Positions 8,050-17,079 of a DNA stretch of 64,000 nt are shown here, piece by piece. The translations under genes and the position numbers were made by a program. Position 1 is the stretch's first letter, and the number at the start of each line of letters is the position of its first letter. Under the pieces are notes generated by a model. The model was not told the DNA's origin. It did no database searches and saw nothing but the letters and a program-made list of their open reading frames with translations. Source of the DNA: a virus (Duplodnaviria; Heunggongvirae; Uroviricota; Caudoviricetes); the IMG/VR virus record IMGVR_UViG_3300033075_001920, one strand, 5' to 3'.

Positions 8050-8769
8050 ATGAGACAAAACAATAACATCCGTCAATACTTGGATGAAGCGTCTAACAAC
8101 GCACATCAGAAGTTTTTGAACGCGGACGGTTTCTTTGATGACGATCTGAGCTTCACAGCCGGAGAAGACTTCATGAATACCGACGGCAACGCGGTCAGTA
8201 ATGGACCTGCTCCAACCTCTCAGCCATACATCATCATTGTAACAAACACAGGTTCTGCTGTTTCGAACTTTGATTTCCTTGGCTCTAACCAGTACTTGTT
8301 CGATACTGCGACATCAGCATGGACTACCGCCGGTAATCTGGTGGTAAGTAACATCACGATTTCCAGTGGTATCCCGAACATCACGTACCGTGAGGCTCTT
8401 CAACAATTCCAGCAATCGCCGTTCAGTGTGGGTCTTACCTACATTCAGTCGTCTTCTGCTTCTCAGTTGTTACAGGCCATTTCCGTAAACACCAGAGACG
8501 CTAATGGTAACTTGGCGCAAAAACCATTGATTCCAACCATTGACCCGTATCAGCAACAAACTACAGTGCTGGCCATGAAATTTGGCTACCGCATTGATGG
8601 TTTCACAAAGCTGATCATCAACTCAGTGCTGGCTTCAACAACAGTAACCTTCAACATCTACCCATCAGACAACATCAACATCGCTCGTGGTCTGACTGGA
8701 AAACAGGTGTCAAGAGAGTTCGCTTCTCCTGGTATCGTGAAATCACAGACAGTACGTCTGGTTCAGTAA
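8050..8769 (+). CDS. candidate major capsid protein (small beta-rich, jelly-roll-sized)
   Basis: 239 aa from the ATG at 8050; the track ORF opens at 7900 inside the promoter/leader. Beta-strand-like S/T/N/I/V-rich body. It follows the ATPase and is bracketed by its own promoter and the strongest terminator in the window. Function is inferred from context only. Confidence 0.4.
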   Translation: MRQNNNIRQYLDEASNNAHQKFLNADGFFDDDLSFTAGEDFMNTDGNAVSNGPAPTSQPYIIIVTNTGSAVSNFDFLGSNQYLFDTATSAWTTAGNLVVSNITISSGIPNITYREALQQFQQSPFSVGLTYIQSSSASQLLQAISVNTRDANGNLAQKPLIPTIDPYQQQTTVLAMKFGYRIDGFTKLIINSVLASTTVTFNIYPSDNINIARGLTGKQVSREFASPGIVKSQTVRLVQ

Positions 8770-8795
8770 CCAAACCACCCAACACAAAATTCCAA

Positions 8796-8836
8796 AACGG
8801 GGCTGAATGCTGTCTAAGCTCAGCTCCGTTTTTTTT
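8796..8836 (+). terminator. rho-independent terminator
   Basis: AACGGGGCTGA (8796-8806) pairs with TCAGCTCCGTT (8820-8830) over 11 bp with one G-U pair, followed by T8. Confidence 0.8.
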
Positions 8837-8850
8837 AAAACAAAAATCAC

Positions 8851-9288
8851 ATGAGCATGTATGACTATATAGCCAGGAGAGATCCAAGAGGAGCAGTAAA
8901 AGTTCTTTCTGATTTCGGCTATCGTGTTACAGAACCAAGAACAATGGGAAACAACCTTCGCCTTTTGGTTCAAAAAGAAGGTCAACCGGCTCTGATTGCT
9001 ATTTTAGGATTACATCCGGACAAGGATGTAATTTTAGAAGCTTTCGGAGAAGAACAATCCACCCCGCAGGAAAAACCATGCGGATGCAAAGGTTGTTCAG
9101 AAAACAAAAGTTTCGTTAATGCCGATGGAAGCAAGGGTTTAACCTTAAATGAGCTTCTCCCAACCATGAATGCAAATATGCAGGCAAATAACGACGCTAA
9201 TAAACTCGCATCAACCAATAATGCCCTGATCATAGCAGGCGCATTGTTGTTTTCAACCCTCATATTCGTCAACATCAAAAACAAATAA
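8851..9288 (+). CDS. C-terminally anchored membrane protein with FVNADG motif
   Basis: 145 aa with KSFVNADGSKGLTL and the C-terminal helix ALIIAGALLFSTLIFV. Confidence 0.6.
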   Translation: MSMYDYIARRDPRGAVKVLSDFGYRVTEPRTMGNNLRLLVQKEGQPALIAILGLHPDKDVILEAFGEEQSTPQEKPCGCKGCSENKSFVNADGSKGLTLNELLPTMNANMQANNDANKLASTNNALIIAGALLFSTLIFVNIKNK

Positions 9289-9293
9289 CGACA

Positions 9294-9902
9294 ATGGCAA
9301 CATTAAAACCCGAAGATAAACTTTTTACCGCGATGGCTTATACCATCGATAAAAAGCCTAAGGAAACATTGGCTGTAATCAGAAGAAATGGCATATTGCT
9401 TCCTTCCAATGCCAGCCGAAAAGACATCCAGGGAGCTGTTGCTTCCCTTTCCATGAGAAGTAAACCTTTCTGGAAGGATTTTTCGCTTTTAGTTCAAAAG
9501 ACAGGCGAAGAAAATTTCAAAGGATTTGTCCATGCTGACGGAACCCAAGGCTTGAACGATAGTGTAAAGGACAGTAAGAGTAAAGAAAAGAAGGACTATG
9601 CCGACTCTACCTTAGGGAAGGTATTTACTCCAGACTTTATTCAAAATATCCTTGGAACCGGAGTTCAGGTATGGGCTAACAAGCAAAACTCCAAGGCCGG
9701 TGTATCAGGTGTCAATAATGACATCAATTCCGGAAGGAGCAATTACTCCAATGAAGTATCCGGTTCTTCCGGAGATGGTACAGGCAATCCTCCACCTTCA
9801 AAAGGAATCGGGACTACCGGTATCATTTTGATTTCAGTGGGCGCTATTGCATTGATAGGCACAGTGGTCTATTTTGCAATGAAGAGTAAAAAAGGAAAAT
9901 GA
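9294..9902 (+). CDS. C-terminally anchored membrane protein with FVHADG motif
   Basis: 202 aa with GFVHADGTQGLN and the C-terminal helix GIILISVGAIALIGTVVYFAM. Confidence 0.6.
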   Translation: MATLKPEDKLFTAMAYTIDKKPKETLAVIRRNGILLPSNASRKDIQGAVASLSMRSKPFWKDFSLLVQKTGEENFKGFVHADGTQGLNDSVKDSKSKEKKDYADSTLGKVFTPDFIQNILGTGVQVWANKQNSKAGVSGVNNDINSGRSNYSNEVSGSSGDGTGNPPPSKGIGTTGIILISVGAIALIGTVVYFAMKSKKGK

Positions 9903-10141
9903 GTGAGGAAAATAAATATCAAGCTGCATTAGCAAAAGTCAGGAGAGAAAAAACCAACCTTTTAACAGATCAGTCAGGTGAAACGATGAATCTGGTAAAG
10001 GGAAGTGCTTTTGGACTTTTAGCTGGAGCCGGATATGGATTTTTCAAAAAGAAAAACGTATACGTCTGTGCCGTTTTAGGGGCGGTAATAGGCGGAGTGA
10101 TTAACGGAATTGTAATCCCCTATGCAAGTGAGAATATATGA
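9899..10141 (+). CDS. small glycine-zipper membrane protein
   Basis: 80 aa with GSAFGLLAGAGYGFF and VCAVLGAVIGGVINGIVI. ATGA coupling at both ends. Confidence 0.55.
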   Translation: MSEENKYQAALAKVRREKTNLLTDQSGETMNLVKGSAFGLLAGAGYGFFKKKNVYVCAVLGAVIGGVINGIVIPYASENI

Positions 10142-10386
10142 GTAAAGCTGAAAAAATAACACTTGTCTGTATTGCCGTTGGAGCACTGGCTCTTATTGGC
10201 TTGTACGGCAAAAAGATTTCGAGCTATTCATCATCAGACCCTGATGCACCGGTAGGCGACGAAACAGATTTTAATGCAGATGGAAGTCAGTTTAATTACA
10301 ATGCACATGGAAGTAAATTTTCAGATCGCCTGCAACAAAGACAAGTAAAAACCAAAAAGAAACTAACCTTAAATAACCTGTTATGA
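10138..10386 (+). CDS. N-terminally anchored membrane protein with FNADG motif
   Basis: 82 aa with helix ITLVCIAVGALALIGLYG, then DFNADGSQFNYNAHGSKF. Confidence 0.55.
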   Translation: MSKAEKITLVCIAVGALALIGLYGKKISSYSSSDPDAPVGDETDFNADGSQFNYNAHGSKFSDRLQQRQVKTKKKLTLNNLL

Positions 10387-10490
10387 ACAAAACAACCAAA
10401 ATCGTATTTACCATTGCCTTAGTTGGCATTGCAGCATTTTTAATATTCAAAAAACCGGCAGTTGTAGATCCGCCAAAAGAAGTCAAGTAA
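10383..10490 (+). CDS. micro-ORF, single-helix membrane peptide (35 aa)
   Basis: Not in the track. MNKTTKIVFTIALVGIAAFLIFKKPAVVDPPKEVK. Its ATG overlaps the previous TGA and its stop lies 1 nt before the next ATG. Confidence 0.45.
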   Translation: MNKTTKIVFTIALVGIAAFLIFKKPAVVDPPKEVK

Positions 10491-10491
10491 T

Positions 10492-11019
10492 ATGAAATCA
10501 AAAACCCTCATAAAGATTGCAGGAGCCGGATTGCTTGTTTATTTGATTTTCAAATCTTCAAAAAAGTCTGAAGCTCCGAAGGAAACTCCTAAATCTTCCG
10601 GTGGGGGTGGTGGAGGCGGTATGGCATCCAGCCCGATAATTCCTATTTATCCATCCTTTGGTGTTCCTTCAACAACAATAAATACTGTTGTTGGACCAAA
10701 TACCGGAGGCACCCTGTTTAATCCAAATCCTAATTTAATTACTCAGAAGGAAACAACAGGTACCAAGGCTGAAACCACAAAAACCGGAGATAACCAGAAC
10801 ACTACCTATAAAACCCAGGGAGAAGTAACAGGCGGTGGTATTACAGGCGGAGGCACAGGTCAAGGTACCGGATACACGACATCCGGAGGTTCTGGCAGTA
10901 ATGTTTTGACCAAGGATGGAGCAGGCTCCGGAACTAATACAGGAGGCGGACTGGTAGTAAACATGGATGGATTTTCCAAACCAAAAAAAGGCTTACATTT
11001 AGATCATTTCAGAAAATGA
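10492..11019 (+). CDS. N-terminally anchored Gly/Thr-rich membrane protein
   Basis: 175 aa with helix IKIAGAGLLVYLIF, a GGGGGGG tract, G/T-rich repeats and VVNMDGFSKPKKGLHL near the C-terminus. Confidence 0.55.
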   Translation: MKSKTLIKIAGAGLLVYLIFKSSKKSEAPKETPKSSGGGGGGGMASSPIIPIYPSFGVPSTTINTVVGPNTGGTLFNPNPNLITQKETTGTKAETTKTGDNQNTTYKTQGEVTGGGITGGGTGQGTGYTTSGGSGSNVLTKDGAGSGTNTGGGLVVNMDGFSKPKKGLHLDHFRK

Positions 11020-11342
11020 ATAAAACAATTAAAACAGGACTAATGGTGGTAGGTGGCATTGCGGTAGTAATGTTTGCTGCAGGATTCATGGGTAAAAGAA
11101 AAGCTGCTGAAACAGCTTCACCAACCCCGAGCAAACCGGAAGAAAGACCTTCCGATAATGCAAAAGATACGACCACGGCCAATTCGTATGACCCTACGAA
11201 ATTTGGATACAATCCGGGAGCAAAACCTCCGGACATTAAAATAAGTAGTGGCCCTATTCCAACTGAAGTAAATCCGGATTCGAAAACAGTCTTTACTGCT
11301 TTTGATGGTGGGTTAACACTGTCAAAAATACCAAGACGATGA
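11016..11342 (+). CDS. N-terminally anchored membrane protein
   Basis: 108 aa with helix GLMVVGGIAVVMFAAGF and C-terminal FTAFDGGLTLSK. Confidence 0.55.
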   Translation: MNKTIKTGLMVVGGIAVVMFAAGFMGKRKAAETASPTPSKPEERPSDNAKDTTTANSYDPTKFGYNPGAKPPDIKISSGPIPTEVNPDSKTVFTAFDGGLTLSKIPRR

Positions 11343-11662
11343 AAAAGATATTATACATCATAGTGCCAATTGGTCTTGCAGCTGCAGGATTTTTGGTGTA
11401 TAAGAAGTTTTCATCTTCCGGCTCTACCGATGCAGGACCGGTTGAAACTACTCCGGAATTAAAAGATCCGGCTCAAACCCCGTCGGCTCCAAAATTCGAT
11501 ACAGCCAAGGTACCGGCCGTAAACAGCGATAGCAATATTGCAAAAAGCGGAACAGGAAGCTGGATGGCTCCATCAGGTGGCGCAAGCGGCGTGGTTGCAA
11601 ACTTTTCAGGAACAGAAAAAAAAGGATTGTACATAAATGATATCGGCAAATCAGGAATATAA
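11339..11662 (+). CDS. N-terminally anchored membrane protein
   Basis: 107 aa with helix ILYIIVPIGLAAAGFLVY and C-terminal VVANFSGTEKKGLYIN. Confidence 0.55.
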   Translation: MKKILYIIVPIGLAAAGFLVYKKFSSSGSTDAGPVETTPELKDPAQTPSAPKFDTAKVPAVNSDSNIAKSGTGSWMAPSGGASGVVANFSGTEKKGLYINDIGKSGI

Positions 11663-11909
11663 GCTCTCAGGATCAACTTTGCCTTTCGCCCAGTGGCTTG
11701 AAAGGGAAAAAACAAAAGGCAGATTCATTCCCAACAAGGGAGCGACAGAGGAATTCATGAATTTTGCAGGAGCGGAAAAATATCCATCTCCGGATGGAAG
11801 TGAACCAATTCCTGCAGCAAACTACGTGGTTCCAAACCTGCTTAGAACAGCTGCTTTGATTGGTGTTGTTTACATAGTTTATAGAGTATACAAAAATGCC
11901 CAAAAATAA
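11637..11909 (+). CDS. C-terminally anchored membrane protein
   Basis: 90 aa with EEFMNFAGAEK and the C-terminal helix LLRTAALIGVVYIVY. Confidence 0.5.
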   Translation: MISANQEYKLSGSTLPFAQWLEREKTKGRFIPNKGATEEFMNFAGAEKYPSPDGSEPIPAANYVVPNLLRTAALIGVVYIVYRVYKNAQK

Positions 11910-12153
11910 GGTTGTAAAATATGCGCTCATTACACTTGGACTTATAGTATTATATGTCAACAGAGCTATTTTCAACCCTGTAAAATTGCCATTGAATGCA
12001 GATGCCGGTGCCAAAGGAGAAGATGCTAACGTAGCCGATCCCGAAAACGCCAAGAGTGATAACCAGACAGCAATTGACCGTGCATTACTCAAAATCAAGA
12101 CAGGTTCTGTAAAAGTAAATCCAACATCGAAGGAGGCGAGCCAGAGCCTATGA
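11896..12153 (+). CDS. N-terminally anchored membrane protein
   Basis: 85 aa with helix VVKYALITLGLIVLYV, then LPLNADAGAKGE. Confidence 0.5.
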   Translation: MPKNKVVKYALITLGLIVLYVNRAIFNPVKLPLNADAGAKGEDANVADPENAKSDNQTAIDRALLKIKTGSVKVNPTSKEASQSL

Positions 12154-12944
12154 AGTATAGAGTAACGACTAACAACGCACCGATTCGTCTGGAAATAAAA
12201 GTTAAAACATCAAAACCCGAAACGCTGTGTGTATTGGTCTATGATGAAAAGAATCCGGAAGGTACTGTATTTACAAACCGGTGGAAAACAATCAATGGAG
12301 AGGAAACATTTTCCGTCCGTCTTCCATTGAGTCCGGCAACTGCCATTGTGGAGGTTTATAACAAAGCACTTGGCCGTGGAATAAAAAGGGAAAATGAAAC
12401 TTCGTTCTCTATAGAATCAGTTGAAAAGAAAGCACTTGAGCGCAAACTTGCACCAAGCGATATTGCCAATGCCGATATAAGGTCCTTTGTTGACTTTGCG
12501 TGTGCAGTGGCATATAACCTTGGCACAATGGAGCCGGATAAGGCTTACCAAAGTGATGACGGCAAATTCTTCATTAAACTCTCCGGCAGAATGCTGGATA
12601 AACAGGGAAATGAAGTAACCACCCCGGCAAGGATTAACCGCCATACAGGTGTAATTCAGGTATCTAAAAAGCAGATGCTTAAAATGACTGTTCCAATGCG
12701 TTTTGCAATCTTAATGCATGAATTCAGCCATTATTATCTGAATGAAAAGATTGACGATGAGATGGAAGCAGACTTAAACGGCCTGCTGATTTATCTCGGA
12801 TTGGGATTCCCGAGAATAGAAGCATATCAGGCTTTTCTTGAAACCTTCAAGAACCGCCCGAGCGAACTAAATAAAGACCGGTATGATATTATAAATAAAT
12901 TCATTACCGATTTTGAAAACATAGGAATAGTGATCAACAAATGA
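12150..12944 (+). CDS. putative zinc metallopeptidase (HExxH)
   Basis: 264 aa containing FAILMHEFSHYYLNE (HExxH) with a downstream E/D-rich segment. Embedded in the membrane-protein run. Confidence 0.5.
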   Translation: MKYRVTTNNAPIRLEIKVKTSKPETLCVLVYDEKNPEGTVFTNRWKTINGEETFSVRLPLSPATAIVEVYNKALGRGIKRENETSFSIESVEKKALERKLAPSDIANADIRSFVDFACAVAYNLGTMEPDKAYQSDDGKFFIKLSGRMLDKQGNEVTTPARINRHTGVIQVSKKQMLKMTVPMRFAILMHEFSHYYLNEKIDDEMEADLNGLLIYLGLGFPRIEAYQAFLETFKNRPSELNKDRYDIINKFITDFENIGIVINK

Positions 12945-13081
12945 CAAAGAAAATAATTATCATATCGCTTTTGTCAGCCGGGTTAATAGCACTTGGAATC
13001 CATTATGTATCCAAAGATAAAAAGATGCGTATGGGCTCAAAAGAAGCTAATCAGGCGCTGGAAGGTATGAAAATGTATTAA
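12941..13081 (+). CDS. micro-ORF, single-helix membrane peptide (46 aa)
   Basis: Not in the track. MTKKIIIISLLSAGLIALGIHYVSKDKK... ATGA overlap with the previous gene. Confidence 0.45.
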   Translation: MTKKIIIISLLSAGLIALGIHYVSKDKKMRMGSKEANQALEGMKMY

Positions 13082-13084
13082 CAG

Positions 13085-13936
13085 ATGGCAGACCAGTATG
13101 GATATCGTGCAGTAATGATTAACCAGGCTAATCCGGGTTATCCGGCCGGTGCTGTGGCTATCATTAATTTTCTTAAGGATAAATACCGTAAGGAAATAGA
13201 TGCAGCTGCAGACAGGTGGAAAGTTCCGCCACCCATTCTGTATTCGTTCTTTGGAGTTGAATCAGGAAGGGGAGGTAACGATTTGGATTCTTTTGATAAG
13301 CGCACAGTTGGAGGCGTAACAGTTCCCAACACATATGCGCTATGTCAGACCAATTCGATTGGAATTAATGGAGCAATCAAATCCTGTCTGGCAGGCGATT
13401 GCACCCTTGGTCAGATCTATCCGGTTTATGATGCCTTTCCGATAGCGTTTAAGATTGTAAAGAATCTTCCTCCAAAGGCAGATTTCTGGAAAGATGAGTA
13501 CAAGACCAAGAGAAATGAGAAGGCCAGTGATTATTTTGAACTCAGTGATGCTGCCAGAGCTTTTGAAAAAGCAAAGGGAAACATTAAGTCGTATTGGGAT
13601 GCCGGCGCTAAAAAATTAAAATCAGATCCGGGCTTCTCTACCAATATTGGAGCAATACTTTTGAGCAAATATCTCTTAGAGGATTTATCAAAGGTAAAAG
13701 AGGAGGAAATTGATGGAAAGAAAGTAAAGATGGCAAGGCTCGACTGGGTAATTACCAAGTACAATGCCGGTCCGAATGCTTTCAAAAACATGGAGGAGAA
13801 AAAAAATGACAAGGTACAAGCTGATACCACAGTGTTTATTACGATTGTTCCCAGCTATACCAAGTCGTATATTATAAAATTGGTAGGCAAGGATGGTCTA
13901 CTGGATGTACAAAAAAGAGGACTTGTAAAAGTGTAA
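13085..13936 (+). CDS. lytic transglycosylase (SLT domain) protein
   Basis: FFGVESGRGG (catalytic E-S), ALCQT and ITKYNAGPNAF match SLT motifs by eye. Confidence 0.65.
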   Translation: MADQYGYRAVMINQANPGYPAGAVAIINFLKDKYRKEIDAAADRWKVPPPILYSFFGVESGRGGNDLDSFDKRTVGGVTVPNTYALCQTNSIGINGAIKSCLAGDCTLGQIYPVYDAFPIAFKIVKNLPPKADFWKDEYKTKRNEKASDYFELSDAARAFEKAKGNIKSYWDAGAKKLKSDPGFSTNIGAILLSKYLLEDLSKVKEEEIDGKKVKMARLDWVITKYNAGPNAFKNMEEKKNDKVQADTTVFITIVPSYTKSYIIKLVGKDGLLDVQKRGLVKV

Positions 13937-13937
13937 T

Positions 13938-14381
13938 ATGGCAGTTAACACATGGAATATCGCACCGGATTATGATGAATGGGGAGTTGATTCTTCCTGG
14001 ACAGCAGCCGATTGGATTCAGTGGCATAAGCTGCTTAAGGAAAAATTTGGCAAAGACAAAGCAAAAATTGCCTGGGAATATGCCTATGCGAAAAATGGTG
14101 CTTTTGCCAAGGCTTGGGATTACCGAGTGTTTAATTCAGGTTTCCGCCAGTATGTTCAGGATGAAAACCTTGATCCGTATGTCAATGCCGGGTTATTCGA
14201 TCCTCTTTTGAAAGGATACGCAACCGTATCGGATGTATTTGATTCTGTAACGGATGGTATATCTGGAGTATTCGGAGGAAGCAAGACAGGAAAAACCGTA
14301 GTTACGGTTATACTTATTGCCGGTATTTCGTTTGCGGTTTTCAAAGGAGTTCAGGCATTTAAAATGTTAAAATCAGAGTGA
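13938..14381 (+). CDS. Trp-rich protein with C-terminal membrane anchor
   Basis: 147 aa. The C-terminal helix is TVVTVILIAGISFAVF. Confidence 0.55.
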   Translation: MAVNTWNIAPDYDEWGVDSSWTAADWIQWHKLLKEKFGKDKAKIAWEYAYAKNGAFAKAWDYRVFNSGFRQYVQDENLDPYVNAGLFDPLLKGYATVSDVFDSVTDGISGVFGGSKTGKTVVTVILIAGISFAVFKGVQAFKMLKSE

Positions 14382-14545
14382 TGACAGAGAGTAAAAAAAC
14401 CATATTGATTGTAATCTCCACTGTGCTGATAAGCGGTACCATTATCGGTATGGCGATACATAAAGTGCGTAAGGAGAAGATGAATCTGGTTAATGATAAG
14501 GATTTTCAGGAATTAATGAAAAAAATTGACAATGCCAAAAAGTAA
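14381..14545 (+). CDS. micro-ORF, single-helix membrane peptide (54 aa)
   Basis: Not in the track. MTESKKTILIVISTVLISGTIIGMAIHKVRKEK... TGATG overlap with the previous gene. Confidence 0.45.
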   Translation: MTESKKTILIVISTVLISGTIIGMAIHKVRKEKMNLVNDKDFQELMKKIDNAKK

Positions 14546-15023
14546 AGTATACATATTTTCAGGTCTGGCCATTTCGCTCTCGATTGTAGCTTACTTTTTT
14601 ATAACCAAAAAGAAAAAGTTACCGCCAAGTGAAATACCAAAAGTGGATGCTTCCGGTGAAGAAATTACCAAGGAGCAAACAGTCATTCCTGAATCTTTGG
14701 CAGCTCTGATGAAGCTATCGGCAGCTAATGCGACCAAAGCGCTTAGGGGTAAGGATGTATATACTAAACTGAATGATGCCAACGCGCGGGAAGTTGCCTG
14801 GGTAAACAATGGGGTTATAAATAATCTCATAGGTACCATTAAGACCAAGGGCACTTATGTCGGAAAAATACTGGATGTGGAAGAGGATGGCAATGGAGCA
14901 AGAAACGGAGACAGAATATACAAGTGGGTAATGATTGCCCCAACAAGCAAGGAAGCGCGTAAAGACCTGGGAACCGATAGACCAATTTATTTAAGAGAAG
15001 ACGTAATTAATTTGACAAAATGA
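14532..15023 (+). CDS. N-terminally anchored membrane protein
   Basis: The track start at 14526 is TTG; the ATG at 14532 (MPKSKVYIFSGLAISLSIVAYFFI) is preferred. Confidence 0.55.
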   Translation: MPKSKVYIFSGLAISLSIVAYFFITKKKKLPPSEIPKVDASGEEITKEQTVIPESLAALMKLSAANATKALRGKDVYTKLNDANAREVAWVNNGVINNLIGTIKTKGTYVGKILDVEEDGNGARNGDRIYKWVMIAPTSKEARKDLGTDRPIYLREDVINLTK

Positions 15024-15649
15024 ACAGAACATTAAAATACAGCCTTTATTTTGGCGTAGCAGCATTATCAACACTAATTCTTGTCAAGTTGCTAAGGAAA
15101 AAAGAAGAGGAGCCTGTAATCGATTTACCTTCACCTTCCGGCGGAGTGACTTTGAATAACATTCCAAAGTCTATAAACAGATCTGCTATTTTAGTTTTTG
15201 GTTCAAAAGGAGCGGAAGTAAAAGAACTGCAGAAGATACTGGGAGTTACTGCCGATGGCATATTTGGGAAAGATACTCAGGCGGCTTTGGCTGCAAAAAC
15301 CGGTCAAACTTCAGCATCGCTTAATACCGTAAGTAGAATCATGGCTGAGTATGCCGCTAAGAAAGCGCTTGAAGCTAAACTCAGTGGTATTAAATCCACT
15401 TTCCCGGTTGGCAAACCGGTTACGGCTGCGGCAACATTCAGGGCGTTTGCTTATCAATTCCGGAATGGGGATTGGTACCCAACGGATGCTAATGGCAAAT
15501 CACTTCCGAGCAAAGAATTTTTGAAAACAGCCGATATGGGTAAGGTATTCGGATATGGAAAAGCAGATCCGAATCTTATCATTATTGAACTGCCTCAGAC
15601 AATAGAGGGATGGAGATATGCAGGTGTAAAATCGACTTGGATTAAGTAA
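15020..15649 (+). CDS. membrane-anchored peptidoglycan-binding domain protein
   Basis: N-terminal helix YSLYFGVAALSTLILV. GSKGAEVKELQKILGVTADGIFGKDTQAAL matches the PG_binding_1 repeat by eye. Confidence 0.6.
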   Translation: MNRTLKYSLYFGVAALSTLILVKLLRKKEEEPVIDLPSPSGGVTLNNIPKSINRSAILVFGSKGAEVKELQKILGVTADGIFGKDTQAALAAKTGQTSASLNTVSRIMAEYAAKKALEAKLSGIKSTFPVGKPVTAAATFRAFAYQFRNGDWYPTDANGKSLPSKEFLKTADMGKVFGYGKADPNLIIIELPQTIEGWRYAGVKSTWIK

Positions 15650-16146
15650 TGGATATTGATGTATTCTATCGCAATGGTGACGCCAGTTTTGGTGTAGATG
15701 GAAATAAAAATTTCGTAGAGGAATTTTCATGGCCAATGATAAATGCGTCAGGTCCGGAGCAGGAAGCACTTTCTTCTTACAGAAAGCAGCTTACCCCAAA
15801 GATGAAATCCGATTGTGCGGCTTTGGCTACTCTTCTATCGCAGGTTAAAAGCGAAATAGAAATAGCGACTGCAGGTAAAATTGCAGCTAAGTCATCGGAG
15901 AAAAAGAAGATTGAACAAAAGATCGCCGGACTTGAAAAGGCGAAAAACGAGATACAGGCAGCATACAATTCCGGAAAATGCGATGCTAAAATAGCGCAGA
16001 AAGACCAGGATGCTCTTTATGCTGCATTAGGTGTAGGAAAAGGTCCGGATGTGGCAAAAGTAGGAACCTACCTTATTGTAGGCGGAATCGGAGTGGTGGC
16101 GTTGGCTGTAGGTGTAATATTGTATAGAAAATTTAGAAAAAAATGA
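15649..16146 (+). CDS. coiled-coil protein with C-terminal membrane anchor
   Basis: 165 aa. The C-terminal helix is TYLIVGGIGVVALAVGVILY. Confidence 0.55.
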   Translation: MDIDVFYRNGDASFGVDGNKNFVEEFSWPMINASGPEQEALSSYRKQLTPKMKSDCAALATLLSQVKSEIEIATAGKIAAKSSEKKKIEQKIAGLEKAKNEIQAAYNSGKCDAKIAQKDQDALYAALGVGKGPDVAKVGTYLIVGGIGVVALAVGVILYRKFRKK

Positions 16147-16817
16147 GCGACATTTCAAAACAACTTGGACTAAGGGTAATTCCGGAAATTAAAAACACAA
16201 AGACCATTGATCAGGAATTGGGTATTGGTGTTAATAAGGAAGGTATTGTAAAGGTTTCTCAGCCTAATGAATTCAATTTTTTAGGTATAGGGGAAGGTAA
16301 ACAAAAAGCCAAAAAAACCTATGGAAAGATAGGTCAGCCGAATGCGACACTTATCCAGGAAGCCCGTAACAGGATTTTAGCAGAATTCCCTTTTGAAAAA
16401 TCAAGAGCTGCCAGTTCTACAGAAATCGGAGCAATGATCAGTAAAGCTGATCAGGAGATGGACCATGCTTTAAATCAGATGGGAGAATCCAGAAAAAGCA
16501 TAGGAAAATTCATCGGTACCGATTTTAAAGGCAATGGAACATGCGGAGATAACATAGAGTGCGTGAATAAAGCGTTTGCATCCTATCAACAATGGGATAA
16601 ACGCAGAACTGAGCTGGTAAAAGACCAGATAGATGCCGTGGCAAGAGAAGAAAAAGCAGCCGAAAAAGCCGCATCTGATTCAGCCCCTTCGCCTAAAAGT
16701 AAGCCGGGAGCTGGTAATATCACGGCAAACATAAAAAACAACTGGTTGTGGTGGACTCTTGGTTCAGCGGCAGCCATATCAATTGTAGTATTTATTTACA
16801 AAAAACGAAATGGATAA
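16143..16817 (+). CDS. protein with C-terminal membrane anchor
   Basis: 224 aa. The C-terminal helix is WLWWTLGSAAAISIVVFIY. Confidence 0.55.
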   Translation: MSDISKQLGLRVIPEIKNTKTIDQELGIGVNKEGIVKVSQPNEFNFLGIGEGKQKAKKTYGKIGQPNATLIQEARNRILAEFPFEKSRAASSTEIGAMISKADQEMDHALNQMGESRKSIGKFIGTDFKGNGTCGDNIECVNKAFASYQQWDKRRTELVKDQIDAVAREEKAAEKAASDSAPSPKSKPGAGNITANIKNNWLWWTLGSAAAISIVVFIYKKRNG

Positions 16818-17079
16818 TTTTACAGAATTTTTTAACGACACAGGGTCATCCATTGACAGTTTTCAAGTCAATCAGACCATTGAGAAAGCAAAAACATTTT
16901 CTCAAAAGCTTCAAGACCTAATCGGTCCGGAAGCCGGTAAATTCATTGCTCAGGAACAAGCAAGGGCAGACAGGCTCAATGCCAAGGAAGCCATTGTTCC
17001 GAATGTGCCAAACAGCGCATTGTATTACATTGCTGCAGCTGGAGCACTTTATCTGGGATACAGACTGTTATTTAAATGA
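16810..17079 (+). CDS. small protein with C-terminal membrane anchor
   Basis: 89 aa. The C-terminal helix is ALYYIAAAGALYLGYRLLF. Confidence 0.5.
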   Translation: MDNFTEFFNDTGSSIDSFQVNQTIEKAKTFSQKLQDLIGPEAGKFIAQEQARADRLNAKEAIVPNVPNSALYYIAAAGALYLGYRLLFK

